From positions 129,814 to 193,813 of the forward strand of contig CAJFSP010000001.1 in assembly GCA_904419725.1 (NCBI GenBank): a stretch of 64,000 nt of DNA, given 5' to 3'. Position 1 is the first letter of the stretch, and every line of letters starts with the position of its first letter. Source of the DNA: Candidatus Heteroclostridium caecigallinarum (GTDB lineage: Bacteria; Bacillota; Clostridia; Christensenellales; CAG-314). The position numbers were made by a program, and so were the translations under genes. Below the pieces are notes generated by a model. That model was not told where the DNA came from and did no database searches. It worked only from the letters and a program-made list of their open reading frames with translations. Shown here piece by piece: positions 39,816 to 49,450 of the stretch.

Positions 39816-42036
39816 TTGCCGCCGCTCCTTTGATTCCGGCGCCGCCCGCGGCAAAGCCGAGATAAAGTTCTTCCACCGATTTGCCGCTAGCGGTGAGTTC
39901 TTTCACGTCGTACACGCCTTTGAGTTCGCCGTGGCTGATGATGGCGATTCTGTCGCAGATTTTTTCCACTACTTCAATAACGTGCGAAGAGAAAAACACT
40001 ATATTGCCCGCTTTGGCGTGCTCTTTCATGCACTCCTTTATCTGATAGGCGCTGGTCGGGTCAAGCCCGGTCAGAGGCTCGTCCAGCACCCAGACTTTAG
40101 GGTTGTGTATAAGCGCCGCTATGACTACGATTTTTTGTTTCATGCCGTGCGAATAACTTTTGATTTCGTTGTCAATGGAGTTTTCCAGCCCGAACATGCC
40201 GACATATTTTTCCATGCGCCGCGTTCTGTCTTCCTTGGAGACGAGATACAGGTCGGCGACGTAATTTATATACTCCCTGCCGGTGAGTTTTTCGTAAACG
40301 GCATGGTTATCTGAAACGTAACCGATGTTGAGTTTAGCCTGCAAAGGCTGCTTTTCTATGTCATAGCCGCAAATTTCCATAGTGCCCTCGGTGATGGACT
40401 GGATGCCGACGAGAGATTTTATCGTAGTGCTTTTGCCGGCGCCGTTGTGCCCTATGAAACCGAAAACCTCTCCGTCGTAAACTTCAAGGTTGAAATCTTT
40501 GACGGCGAATCTGTCGCTGCCGCCGTATTTTTTTGAGAAGTGCGAAATTTTAATCATATTTGCTCCTTCTGGATGAAGCGGCTCGCTGAGCGGCCGCCCG
40601 TCCATTTCCTTTTTCAGACCAAGCATATCCATTTTGAGCATGCGTTTTTTGCGGTACAGCAGCCCCCAATCGTCAAACACTCTGAACAGAGCCGCGTACA
40701 CAAGCCATTCCAGAAACATCAGCAATATAAAGCCGACCCACACACCCAGCCAGTACAGCGGGTAGAATGTGAACGTGAGATTCCCCACCTGCCAAACATA
40801 GGTGAACTGATATTTGAGCGGATAGGCAAAGGTGAAAAACTCCAATATATGGTCCTGCCGCAAAAAGAAATAGTCGACGTTAGGGTCGTAGTTGGCAAAC
40901 CAGGTGTTTATCAGCGCGGCGAACACGAAATAAACGCTGAACACCACAATGGAGTTGCGCATCATTTTTATATTCGGCCGAGGGAATATTTTGAGCGCCA
41001 CGCCGAGTATCGGCAGGAACACGGCGTAAATATGGTTGTACCAGAACTGCATTGTGCTCGGGTTGAAAAAGTTGCCCGCCTCGTCCGGGATGATGACCGC
41101 CACAAGCGCGCCCAGCACATTGACGAAGTAGTTGAAATAAAACAACTTTTTGCTTTTGAACACAAAACTCAGCAGCATGAGAATAATCGCGGTGTGGCAA
41201 AGGTGCAGCGGCACGTTGGACACCGTGAAGTTTGTGCCGACAAGCGAATAGTAAGTGACGAAGCCGCAGACGGCGATGTAAGTCAGCGCGAAATCCCTCA
41301 CGCCGTATTCCCTGTCTTTAAGCAGCAGATAAAGAAGCGCCGGCACTATGAACGTGATGTATATGACGATTCTGTGCGTCAGCGAAAAATCATCCGCTAC
41401 GATGTCGGGCGTGCCGAACAGGGTGCGCAGCGCTTCCAGCGGCAGCACCGCCATTATCATGGGCAGCAGCACGCCCAGCATGGTCAAAATCTGTTTTTTG
41501 TCGAAATCGCGTTTCCTTATTTTGTCGTACAGAAACACGGCGCTTATGGCGAGAGCCAGCGCGCATTCGGCGCCGAACTGCAACGCCCGCCATGTAAACC
41601 CGGAAGCGGCGTCCTGCCCCACAAAAGTCTGCACGTTGGCGGTGAAAAACACGACGTTGAGCAGATAGACAAACGGCACATACAGCGACGCCAGGTTTTT
41701 GGCGAAAGAAATTTTATACCACGGCGCCATCATGGCGGCAATCACCGCCACGTTTGTGAGCATGCGCAAAACGGTCATGAGCGCCAGCGCGGCTGGCGAA
41801 AACCCGGACAGCTGTTCCGTCGGGACAAGCCCTATGACGTCTCTGATTACGTCCACGGTAAACAGGCGGCATGCGTACACCGCCACCAGAACCACGGACA
41901 AAACTTTGAGCGCCGTGCTTTTGTTATTATTTGTTTTTTCTTCGTCCGCGCCTTTTTTCTTTCTCGTTATGTCGGCAAACCAGATAACGCAAAAAGCCAG
42001 CAAGGCGGCGGAAAGCAAAACGCAAACCTGAACCAT
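39808..42036 (-). CDS. Fusion protein: ~500-aa polytopic membrane domain plus a C-terminal ABC ATPase
   Basis: I place the start at MVQVCVLL (ATG 42036..42034, RBS GGAGA). The C-terminal part has Walker A GHNGAGKST, signature YSHGMKQK and Walker B VWVLDEP, and is highly similar to the ATPase at 29021..29755. The N-terminal domain has more than 10 TM helices of unknown function (possibly YwaF/TIGR02206-like). Confidence 0.75.
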   Translation of the reverse strand: MVQVCVLLSAALLAFCVIWFADITRKKKGADEEKTNNNKSTALKVLSVVLVAVYACRLFTVDVIRDVIGLVPTEQLSGFSPAALALMTVLRMLTNVAVIAAMMAPWYKISFAKNLASLYVPFVYLLNVVFFTANVQTFVGQDAASGFTWRALQFGAECALALAISAVFLYDKIRKRDFDKKQILTMLGVLLPMIMAVLPLEALRTLFGTPDIVADDFSLTHRIVIYITFIVPALLYLLLKDREYGVRDFALTYIAVCGFVTYYSLVGTNFTVSNVPLHLCHTAIILMLLSFVFKSKKLFYFNYFVNVLGALVAVIIPDEAGNFFNPSTMQFWYNHIYAVFLPILGVALKIFPRPNIKMMRNSIVVFSVYFVFAALINTWFANYDPNVDYFFLRQDHILEFFTFAYPLKYQFTYVWQVGNLTFTFYPLYWLGVWVGFILLMFLEWLVYAALFRVFDDWGLLYRKKRMLKMDMLGLKKEMDGRPLSEPLHPEGANMIKISHFSKKYGGSDRFAVKDFNLEVYDGEVFGFIGHNGAGKSTTIKSLVGIQSITEGTMEICGYDIEKQPLQAKLNIGYVSDNHAVYEKLTGREYINYVADLYLVSKEDRTRRMEKYVGMFGLENSIDNEIKSYSHGMKQKIVVIAALIHNPKVWVLDEPLTGLDPTSAYQIKECMKEHAKAGNIVFFSSHVIEVVEKICDRIAIISHGELKGVYDVKELTASGKSVEELYLGFAAGGAGIKGAAANV

Positions 42037-42046
42037 AATTTTCTCC

Positions 42047-42083
42047 AATAAAAAATCCGATTTCTCTTTGGTGAAAAATCGGA
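42047..42083 (-). promoter_or_regulatory. Terminator-like hairpin in the 5' leader, immediately before the RBS
   Basis: The minus strand reads TCCGATTT-N12-AAATCGGA followed by TTTTTTATT, then GGAGA and the ATG. Confidence 0.4.
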
Positions 42084-42145
42084 CGGTAAAAGGCAAATCA
42101 CCCGCCTGTCAGGCGGACGCGCGGCATGCATACTGAACGCGCCGG

Positions 42146-42165
42146 AAAAAACCGAAAATTTTCGG
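42146..42165 (-). terminator. Intrinsic terminator
   Basis: The minus strand reads CCGAAAATTTTCGG followed by TTTTTT, nested inside GCCGG/CCGGC. Confidence 0.5.
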
Positions 42166-42271
42166 CCGGCACAAGCCGCGCTGCGGCGGCAAAAAGTGTT
42201 TATCGTAAGTATGCGCAAAGCGAGCGAAAAATAAGCAAAACTCTTTTTGCCGTGATTTGCCCTATTCTGTT

Positions 42272-42718
42272 TTAATTAAGCATTTTGACGCAAGCCAAAA
42301 GGCTTCCGCGGACGGAAGTCAGGGAAACAGGTCTTACGTCATTGTCTTTGATGTCAAGCGGAACCGAAAAAACGCCGCCGACAGACGAAAACGGCACAAA
42401 AGCGTTGTCTTTGCAGAACAGCGCGAAAACCGTTATGAGCGAAATGAGATACATCTGCGCCGTAATCATCATCGACTGTGAAAAACCGAAAGCGGCAAAC
42501 CAGTCTCTGACCATGAAAGAAAGTTTATCGGCGCTCAGATTCTGCAACTGGGGGGCAAGCGGCGAAATCTGCTTCATTTCCGCCACTACGTTGAGGGACA
42601 GCAAAAAAACAGCGGCAAGCGTGTTACCGCCGCGGCGCAATAACGATTTATGTTTGTCGGCCACGGAAACGATGAAGAATACCGCGAGCGCAATCAACAG
42701 AAATCTTACCGACGTCAA
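42272..42718 (-). CDS. Small membrane protein of unknown function
   Basis: I prefer the TTG start at 42718 ((M)TSVRFLLIALAVFFIV), behind the RBS GGGAGGGGG and a TGgTATAAT extended -10. The track's longer ORF would read through the upstream terminator hairpin. Confidence 0.5.
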   Translation of the reverse strand: MTSVRFLLIALAVFFIVSVADKHKSLLRRGGNTLAAVFLLSLNVVAEMKQISPLAPQLQNLSADKLSFMVRDWFAAFGFSQSMMITAQMYLISLITVFALFCKDNAFVPFSSVGGVFSVPLDIKDNDVRPVSLTSVRGSLLACVKMLN

Positions 42719-42820
42719 TTCGTTTACCCCCTCCCATAAGGAAATTTTAGTTATTATACCATTTTTTGCCTGTAATATCAACCCTTTGAGACAATTTTTA
42801 CACGGGCGCGGCATTACGTT

Positions 42821-42846
42821 AAAAAACCTTTCGCCGAAGCGAAAGG
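42821..42846 (-). terminator. Intrinsic terminator after the U32 gene
   Basis: The minus strand reads CCTTTCGC-TTCG-GCGAAAGG followed by TTTTTT, directly after the stop. Confidence 0.75.
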
Positions 42847-44064
42847 TCATTTGCGGAGAATGTCGTATTTTTCAAGTTTATAAGGGCACTTTATCCTGAG
42901 TTTCTGCTGAACTATTTTAGCGTCGTCAACGGCGCTGCCGTTTTCGTCGAACATCTCTTCCACGACAAACTCTTTGAGAAAATCATCCGTAGGCGAAAGC
43001 ACTTGCAGTCTGTCGCCTTTTTTGAAACGGTTGCGCTGCTCCGCCAGGACGTAACCGCCGCCGCTTTCAATGACCGAAGCCGCGAAAACGCCCGTCTGCT
43101 CAGGCTTTGACGTTTCATAGCGCTGCCTGTCGTAATCGCCGAAATAGAACCCGGTGGTGTATTGCCTGTGGCTTGTCAGTCTGAGTTCGTTTTCCAGCAA
43201 AGACGAAACCGCCCAGCCGTCAGGCGCCGCGTAATATGAATCGACCGCCCTGCGGTAAGCGTTCACGACTGAAGCGACATAGAAAGGCGATTTCATTCTG
43301 CCTTCTATTTTAAGACTGTCGACGCCCGCTTCTATCACTTTATTTATACGCGCCAGCAGATTCATGTCTTTCGAGTTGAGAAAATAAGTGCCGCGTGCGT
43401 CTTCGGCGACGGTGAGCCCACCGCCCTTTTTGCCGACCTCGTTTATTTCGTATTCCCACCTGCAAGCCTGGACGCACTCGCCCCTGTTGCCGCCCCTGCC
43501 GGTGAAATAGTCGGACAGAAGACATCTGCCGCTCATGGAAATGCACATCGCCCCGTGCACGAAGGTTTCGATTTCCGGCTTGCCGCCGAAACGGTCGCAT
43601 ATTTCTTTTATTTCGGCGATATTCAGCTCGCGTGCCAGCACCACCCTCGAAGCGCCCAGCCCCGCCCAGAAAGCGACGGCGTCGCCGTTTGTGGTATTGG
43701 CCTGCGTGGAAATATGGACGGGCATTCCCAGAGCGGTTTTCCGCGTAACGGCGAACACGCCCGGGTCGCTGACCAGAACGGCGTCGGCGCCGGCGTCGGC
43801 AAGACGGGATATATAGTCAGGCAGTTTTTTCATGTCGGCGTTTTTTGCGTAAATGTTCACCGTTACATACACCTTTTTGCCGAGTTTGTGGGCATAATCG
43901 ACGCAGCAGGCTATTTCATCGTTCGTGAAATTGTCGGAATACGCCCTGAGGCCGAAATCTTTGCCCGCGAGATAGACGGCGTCGGCGCCGAAACGCAGAG
44001 CGGTATAAAATTTTTCCTTGTTGCCGGCGGGAGCAAGCAGTTCCGCCTTTTTTCCGACACTCAT
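42847..44064 (-). CDS. Peptidase U32 family protein (TrhP/YrrO-like)
   Basis: 405 aa. Begins ELLAPAGNKEKFYTALRFGADAVYLAG, and the U32 Cys-containing core GAMCISMSGRCLLS is present. Confidence 0.85.
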   Translation of the reverse strand: MSVGKKAELLAPAGNKEKFYTALRFGADAVYLAGKDFGLRAYSDNFTNDEIACCVDYAHKLGKKVYVTVNIYAKNADMKKLPDYISRLADAGADAVLVSDPGVFAVTRKTALGMPVHISTQANTTNGDAVAFWAGLGASRVVLARELNIAEIKEICDRFGGKPEIETFVHGAMCISMSGRCLLSDYFTGRGGNRGECVQACRWEYEINEVGKKGGGLTVAEDARGTYFLNSKDMNLLARINKVIEAGVDSLKIEGRMKSPFYVASVVNAYRRAVDSYYAAPDGWAVSSLLENELRLTSHRQYTTGFYFGDYDRQRYETSKPEQTGVFAASVIESGGGYVLAEQRNRFKKGDRLQVLSPTDDFLKEFVVEEMFDENGSAVDDAKIVQQKLRIKCPYKLEKYDILRK

Positions 44065-44690
44065 TTTTTCACCGATAACGACAGTCCGTCGCCGACGTCG
44101 AGAATCACCGATTCGAAATCGCCGTCGGAGAAGAGACTTTTCAGAAATTTATTCATGTTGTTTGCCATTCCGTATGCCCTGTCTTTTTTGTCGGGCAGAT
44201 TTTCCACATAGCCGTGAAACAGCACGTTGTCGGCGAGAAGCGCCCCGCCGCTTGCCAGCATGTTTTTTATGTAATGCAGAAAGTCGGCATACTGCCCTTT
44301 CGGACCGTCCAGAAAAACAAAATCGAAACAGCCCGTCATTTTATGGACGATTTCGCGCGCGTCGCCCAAAAACTGCGTAACCCTGTCCGCCACGCCGAAC
44401 AGCGAAAAATTTTCCGCCGCCACGGATGCCGCTTCCTCGTCCATTTCTATCGTGTACAGTTTCGCCGACGGGCAGCAGTCCAGCATGACGCAGCCGGAAT
44501 AGCCTATCGCCGTGCCTATTTCCAGAATGGCGCGCGGTTTGCCGAGCGCCACTATTGTCCGCATGAACCGCTCGGTGTCGGGCAGCATTATGGGCACGCC
44601 GTTGGCTTCGGCATAGCGCCGCATTTCCTCAAAACGACCGCCGCGTGGCGAAAGAGAGTACAGCGATGAAAAAAAATCTTTCATGGTCAA
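44061..44690 (-). CDS. Class I SAM-dependent O-methyltransferase (YrrM/TrmR-like)
   Basis: 209 aa. The SAM motif ILEIGTAIGYS and FVFLDGPKGQY are present. It is coupled to the U32 gene as in the Bacillus yrrM-yrrN-yrrO cluster. Confidence 0.8.
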   Translation of the reverse strand: MTMKDFFSSLYSLSPRGGRFEEMRRYAEANGVPIMLPDTERFMRTIVALGKPRAILEIGTAIGYSGCVMLDCCPSAKLYTIEMDEEAASVAAENFSLFGVADRVTQFLGDAREIVHKMTGCFDFVFLDGPKGQYADFLHYIKNMLASGGALLADNVLFHGYVENLPDKKDRAYGMANNMNKFLKSLFSDGDFESVILDVGDGLSLSVKK

Positions 44691-46354
44691 CTTTCGTAAA
44701 CGATAGGCAGCACCATAGGTCTGCGTTTGATTTTTCTGCCGAGGTATCCGCGTACCGCTTTGACAATAGACACCCTGACCTGATTCATGGAAAAATCTTT
44801 GAAGTCAATGTTTTTAAGGGCGCTGCGCACTACGGAGCGCAGTTCGTCCATAAGTTCGAAACTGGTTTCCGCCCCCGTGTAAATAAAGCCTCTGCTTATT
44901 ATTTCCGGGCCGCTGGAAATGGTGCCGCTCGTCCTGTCCATACCGAGCACGATGAGCAGAATGCCCTCCGACGACAGTTCCAGCCTGTCTTTAAGCACGA
45001 TGTTGCCGACGTCGCCCACGCCCAGCCCGTCCACAAGAACGCCGCCACCGCGCGCCGTGCCCGCCTTGGCTATTTTCCTGCCCGTTACCGCGACGATATC
45101 GCCGATGTCGGGAATCACCATATTGTCATAACTCATGCCCAGCATATGCGCCAGGTCGGCGTGCTGTTTGAGATGTCTGTATTCGCCGTGCACGGGTATG
45201 AAAAACTTTGGTTTAAGCAGGGTGTGTATAAGTTTGAGTTCTTCCCGGCAGGCGTGTCCGGAAACGTGAATCGCCGCGATTTTGTCGTAAATAACCTGCG
45301 CGCCGAGACGGTACAGATTGTTTATGACCGAATAGACGTCCTTTTCGTTGCCGGGTATTGTGGAGCCGGAAATTATTATCGTGTCGTTTTTGCCTATCTT
45401 GACTTTGTTGAAGCCGCCGTTTGCCATTCGGGTAAGGGCGCTCATCGGCTCGCCCTGTGTGCCCGTTGAAAGAATAAGCAGATTTTTGTCGGGGATGCCG
45501 CTTATTTTGTCTATATCGACAATGATTTTTTCGTTATAGTTTATAGCGCCGACTTTTTTCGCGATTTCGATATTGTTGAGCATGCTTCTGCCGCTTATCG
45601 CGACCTTGCGTTTGTATTTGACGGCAATATCGATAATCTGCTGCAATCTGTCAACGTTGGAAGCGAAAGTGGCAATGATAATACGCCTGTCGCGCGCTTC
45701 CATAAATATCCTGTCGATGGAAGCCGCCACGACCGATTCGCTCATGGTATAGCCCTCTCTCTCGACGTTTGTGGATTCGCTGAGCAAGAGCAGAACGCCT
45801 TTTTTGCCTATTTCGGCTATTCTGTTGAGATCCATTATTTCCCCGCCCAGCGGCGTATAGTCCACCTTGAAATCGCCGGTTACGAACACCACGCCTACGG
45901 GCGTCGTGATTGACACCGCAACGCTGCCGGCCACCGAGTGGCTGACGTGCACGAATTCGCACACAAACTTGCCGAGGCGCACCACCGATTTGTTGGATAT
46001 CGGAATAAGTTCGGCGTCGGTGATATGCTGTTCCTGCAATTTATGCTCCACCATGCCAAGCGTCAGTCTTGTGCCGTAAACAGGAATTTTGAACTCTCTG
46101 AGAATATAAGGCACCGCGCCGATGTGGTCCTCGTGCCCGTGAGTCAGTATAAGCCCTTTTACTTTGTCTTTGTTTTGTCTTAAATAGGTGACATCCGGAA
46201 TGACCAGGTCAACGCCCGGCATGTCGGCGGTAGGAAATGCCAGCCCGGCGTCCACGACGATTATTTCGTCGCCGTATTCGAACGCCGTCATGTTTTTGCC
46301 TATTTCGCCGACGCCGCCCAGAAAAATCACCTTCAGATTTTTGGTTTTTTTCAT
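44687..46354 (-). CDS. rnj: Ribonuclease J
   Basis: 555 aa. Begins with a beta-lactamase fold (FLGGVGEIGKNM), contains HGHEDHIG, and has beta-CASP and C-terminal domains. Confidence 0.92.
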   Translation of the reverse strand: MKKTKNLKVIFLGGVGEIGKNMTAFEYGDEIIVVDAGLAFPTADMPGVDLVIPDVTYLRQNKDKVKGLILTHGHEDHIGAVPYILREFKIPVYGTRLTLGMVEHKLQEQHITDAELIPISNKSVVRLGKFVCEFVHVSHSVAGSVAVSITTPVGVVFVTGDFKVDYTPLGGEIMDLNRIAEIGKKGVLLLLSESTNVEREGYTMSESVVAASIDRIFMEARDRRIIIATFASNVDRLQQIIDIAVKYKRKVAISGRSMLNNIEIAKKVGAINYNEKIIVDIDKISGIPDKNLLILSTGTQGEPMSALTRMANGGFNKVKIGKNDTIIISGSTIPGNEKDVYSVINNLYRLGAQVIYDKIAAIHVSGHACREELKLIHTLLKPKFFIPVHGEYRHLKQHADLAHMLGMSYDNMVIPDIGDIVAVTGRKIAKAGTARGGGVLVDGLGVGDVGNIVLKDRLELSSEGILLIVLGMDRTSGTISSGPEIISRGFIYTGAETSFELMDELRSVVRSALKNIDFKDFSMNQVRVSIVKAVRGYLGRKIKRRPMVLPIVYES

Positions 46355-46651
46355 TTTTTCTCCTTAACGCGTCGGGGACGGCGTATTACGCGCGCCTAAA
46401 AGCGGAACTCTGCCTTACCCGCAGCGGCGGTTCCGTTGAACGCGGCGTCACGAATGAGCCGTCACAATAATTCAGCTTAAAATATTTTTACAGTTTCACT
46501 TGCAGAAACTAAAAAACTTACCATTATAACTGTTTAAAGTATAACCCAGATTGATGAAAAAAACAACTTAAAAAGCCCGCCGATTCCCCTCTCTTTTTTG
46601 GAAATTTTTGCAAAAAACCGTCATTATGCGCAAAAAATAATTATACTCCCC

Positions 46652-46680
46652 TTGATTTTTGCTTCCAAAAAAAGTATAAT
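46652..46680 (+). promoter_or_regulatory. Sigma-A promoter of serC-serA
   Basis: TTGATT (46652..46657), a 17-nt spacer, then TATAAT (46675..46680). Confidence 0.6.
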
Positions 46681-46722
46681 GAAAAAAAGTCCGAATGGGA
46701 CTTAAAACAAGAGGTGATTATT

Positions 46723-47811
46723 ATGAGTAGAGTTTACAATTTTTCTGCCGGCCCTTCCATGCTGCCGGAAGAAGTATTGAAACAAGCACAAGCGGAATTA
46801 TTGGACTACAACGGTTCCGGGATGAGCGTTTGCGAAATGAGCCACCGCTCGAAATGGTACATGGACATCAACACGGAAGCCGAAGAACTTCTGCGTGAAC
46901 TGATGGGTATCTCGGAAGACTACTACGTTATGTTTGTGCAGGGCGGCGCGTCTCAACAGTTCGCGGCCGTACCGCTCAACCTGCTTGGCAAAAACAAAAA
47001 AGCCGACTACTGCGTAACCGGCAACTTCGCCAACAAAGCCTATAAAGAAGCGCTGATTTTCAGCGACGACGTGCACATCGCGAGCTCCAGCAAGGAAGAC
47101 AACTACACCTATATCCCTAAGGACCTCGACATCAGAGCCGACGCGGCTTATGTACACATCACCAACAACAACACTATTTTCGGTACCGAATATCACTGGG
47201 TTCCTGACACCAAAGGCGTTCCGCTGGTAAGCGATATGTCGAGTGACATTCTGTCGCACGAAGTCAACGTGAACGACTATGACGTCATTTACGCCGGCGC
47301 GCAGAAAAACATCGCTCCGTCGGGCGTTACCATCGTCATCGCCAAAAAATCGCTGGTTGACGACCCTGAACTGTGCCTGCCTTACACCCCTACCATGCTC
47401 AAATGGAGCACCCAGGGTAAAGAACACAGCCTGTACAATACCCCTCCTTGCTTCTCGACTTACATGGCTATGCTGGTGTTCAGACATCTCAAAAAACTCG
47501 GCGGCGTGAAAGCCATGGAAAAATACAACCAGGAAAAAGCCGCCATCCTGTATGACTTCATCGACAGCCAGGATTTCTATAAATCCCCTGTCAGAAAAGA
47601 AGACCGCTCACTGATGAACGTTCCTTTCGTCGCTCCTAGCGCCGAACTCAACGACAAATTCGTCAAAGAAGCAACCGCGAACGGCCTCGTATCCATCAAA
47701 GGTCACAGACTTGTCGGCGGTATGCGCGCCAGCATCTACAACGCTATGCCAATCGAAGGCGTCAAGAAACTGGTTGAATTCATGAAGAAATTCGCGGCGG
47801 AAAACAAATAA
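46723..47811 (+). CDS. serC: Phosphoserine aminotransferase
   Basis: I place the start at MSRVYNFSAGPSMLPEEVL, behind the RBS GAGGTGA. The protein is a class-V aminotransferase. Confidence 0.93.
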   Translation: MSRVYNFSAGPSMLPEEVLKQAQAELLDYNGSGMSVCEMSHRSKWYMDINTEAEELLRELMGISEDYYVMFVQGGASQQFAAVPLNLLGKNKKADYCVTGNFANKAYKEALIFSDDVHIASSSKEDNYTYIPKDLDIRADAAYVHITNNNTIFGTEYHWVPDTKGVPLVSDMSSDILSHEVNVNDYDVIYAGAQKNIAPSGVTIVIAKKSLVDDPELCLPYTPTMLKWSTQGKEHSLYNTPPCFSTYMAMLVFRHLKKLGGVKAMEKYNQEKAAILYDFIDSQDFYKSPVRKEDRSLMNVPFVAPSAELNDKFVKEATANGLVSIKGHRLVGGMRASIYNAMPIEGVKKLVEFMKKFAAENK

Positions 47812-47859
47812 GTCTTTTGAGACGAACGCTTAAAAACAAAAAGTTTGTAAGGTGAAAAA

Positions 47860-49020
47860 ATGAAAGAAGTTTTGAGATTAAATCCTATCAGTCCGCTTAT
47901 CGACACGGTTTTCGGCGATAAATATAAACTCGTAGCCGAGTCGGAAGCCCCTGTCGGCATTATGGTTCGCAGTTTCAAAATGCACGACTATGAGCCGGCT
48001 AAATCGGTTTTGTGCGTAGGCCGCGCGGGCGCGGGCGTAAACAATATCCCTTGCGACAAATATGCCGACGAAGGTATTGTCGTATTTAACGCTCCGGGCG
48101 CAAACGCCAACGCCGTTAAAGAACTGGTAATTCTCAGCCTGCTGCTTTGCGGCAGAAAAATAATTCCGGGCATTGCTTGGACGCAGTCCCTCAAAGGCAA
48201 AGGCGACGAAGTAGGTCCAGCCGTTGAAAAAGGCAAAAAAGACTTTGTCGGCGGTGAAATCTTCGGTAAAAGAATAGGTATTTACGGTCTCGGCGCAATC
48301 GGTAAACTGGTTGCCAACGCCTGCGCCGCTCTCGGCATGGAAGTTGTGGCTTACAACCGCACCGTGCGTGAAGAACTCAAAAAAGAACTTGACCCAAGAA
48401 TCAAACTGGCGGGCTCTTTCGAAGAAATGCTGGAAGGCTGCGACTATGTATCTCTGCATGTTGCCCTCAAAGACAACACCAGAGAGTGCATCAACGCCTC
48501 CACCATCGCCAAACTCAACGACGGCGCCAGCATCGTGAACGCCGCCCGCGGCGAACTGGTCAATGTGGCCGATGTCAAAGCGGCTCTCGCCAGCGGCAAA
48601 CTCAACAGATATGTCGTTGACTTCCCTAGCGACGACGTACTCGGCGTTGACGGCATAATCCCGATTCCTCACCTTGGCGCTTCCACCCCTGAGGCGGAAG
48701 ACAACTGCGCTGTTATGGCGGGCAAAGAACTCGTTGACTTTGTGGAAAACGGCAACATCGTGAACAGTGTCAACTACCCTGACGTTTCGATGGAAAAATC
48801 GGGTGCACAGAGAGTTGTTGTTTTGATGAACGTTGCCGAACCTAAATGCGACGAAGTCAAAGCGGCAATAGCCAAAGCCGGCGCAAAAGTCGTCAACTCG
48901 TCCTGCAAGAGCGGCAAAGCCACTTCCGCGGCGCTTATCGACATAGACAAGAAAGCCGATGAAAGCCTTGTAAGCGCTCTTGAAGCCATTGACGGAGTCG
49001 CCAGAGCCAGACTCATCTGA
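47860..49020 (+). CDS. serA: D-3-phosphoglycerate dehydrogenase
   Basis: 386 aa. A 2-hydroxyacid dehydrogenase with the NAD motif GIYGLGAIG and a C-terminal ACT-like domain. Confidence 0.88.
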   Translation: MKEVLRLNPISPLIDTVFGDKYKLVAESEAPVGIMVRSFKMHDYEPAKSVLCVGRAGAGVNNIPCDKYADEGIVVFNAPGANANAVKELVILSLLLCGRKIIPGIAWTQSLKGKGDEVGPAVEKGKKDFVGGEIFGKRIGIYGLGAIGKLVANACAALGMEVVAYNRTVREELKKELDPRIKLAGSFEEMLEGCDYVSLHVALKDNTRECINASTIAKLNDGASIVNAARGELVNVADVKAALASGKLNRYVVDFPSDDVLGVDGIIPIPHLGASTPEAEDNCAVMAGKELVDFVENGNIVNSVNYPDVSMEKSGAQRVVVLMNVAEPKCDEVKAAIAKAGAKVVNSSCKSGKATSAALIDIDKKADESLVSALEAIDGVARARLI

Positions 49021-49034
49021 CACACTTATTCAAA

Positions 49035-49061
49035 AGACCCTCGTTTGAGGGTCTTTTTTTT
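49035..49061 (+). terminator. Intrinsic terminator after serA
   Basis: AGACCCTC-GTTT-GAGGGTCT followed by TTTTTTT. Confidence 0.85.
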
Positions 49062-49209
49062 ATGCCTTTCGCGCCTGTATTATGCATCAACTCAATTGCA
49101 CTTGGGGCCGGCAAAGGCCAGCTCGCGCGGCGGTTTTTGCCTGTTATTCTCTTTGCGCGGCAAAGCGTATCGCCGCTCTGAATTAAAGCCGTCGCCCCAA
49201 ACAACAAAT

Positions 49210-49242
49210 AAAAAAGACCGACGTCAGTCGGTCTTTTTTTTT
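49210..49242. terminator. Bidirectional terminator (distal copy, locus 1)
   Basis: An A-run, GACCGAC-GTCA-GTCGGTC (49216..49233), then a T-run. Confidence 0.75.
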
Positions 49243-49247
49243 AGTTA

Positions 49248-49331
49248 TTAAAGATTTGGTTCAAGTTTGCCGAGCAGCGCTTCCTCAAATTTGCTTTCAA
49301 GTATAGCGCCTTCGAGTTTAACCTTTTCATC
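49248..49331 (-). pseudogene. Detached second copy of the last 27 codons plus stop of the DsbA-like gene at 49490..50152
   Basis: This 84-nt segment matches 49490..49573 at all but 2 positions, both synonymous. It has no upstream CDS. Confidence 0.85.
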
Positions 49332-49450
49332 TGTAATAAAACATCCGCGTGGGTCAGTACCCCCACGCTTTGGCACTACGACTTTTGCATCTGTAACTAA
49401 ACATCCGCGTGGGTCTTTGCCCACGCGGAATGCATCTTACAAAGCAGTGT
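49321..49450. repeat. Two ~60-nt hairpin-containing repeat units (locus 1)
   Basis: The units start with ACCTTTTCATC (49321) and ACTTTTGCATC (49381). The hairpins are GCGTGGG-TCAGTACC-CCCACGC (49347..49368) and TCCGCGTGGG-TCTTTG-CCCACGCGGA (49404..49429). Confidence 0.9.

Noticed and set aside
46355-46651. The unusually long AT-rich spacer between divergent rnj and serC, considered as a possible ncRNA or riboswitch.
   Set aside because: Only short hairpins and plausible promoters are visible, with no conserved motif that I recognise. It is most simply two divergent promoter/UTR regions.
49404-49439. Type I toxin-antitoxin or micropeptide: the conserved minus-strand mini-ORF MHSAWAKTHADV is present at both loci.
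   Set aside because: The peptide has no Shine-Dalgarno sequence and is not hydrophobic. The ORF simply spans the perfect hairpin, so its conservation is explained by the conserved structure.
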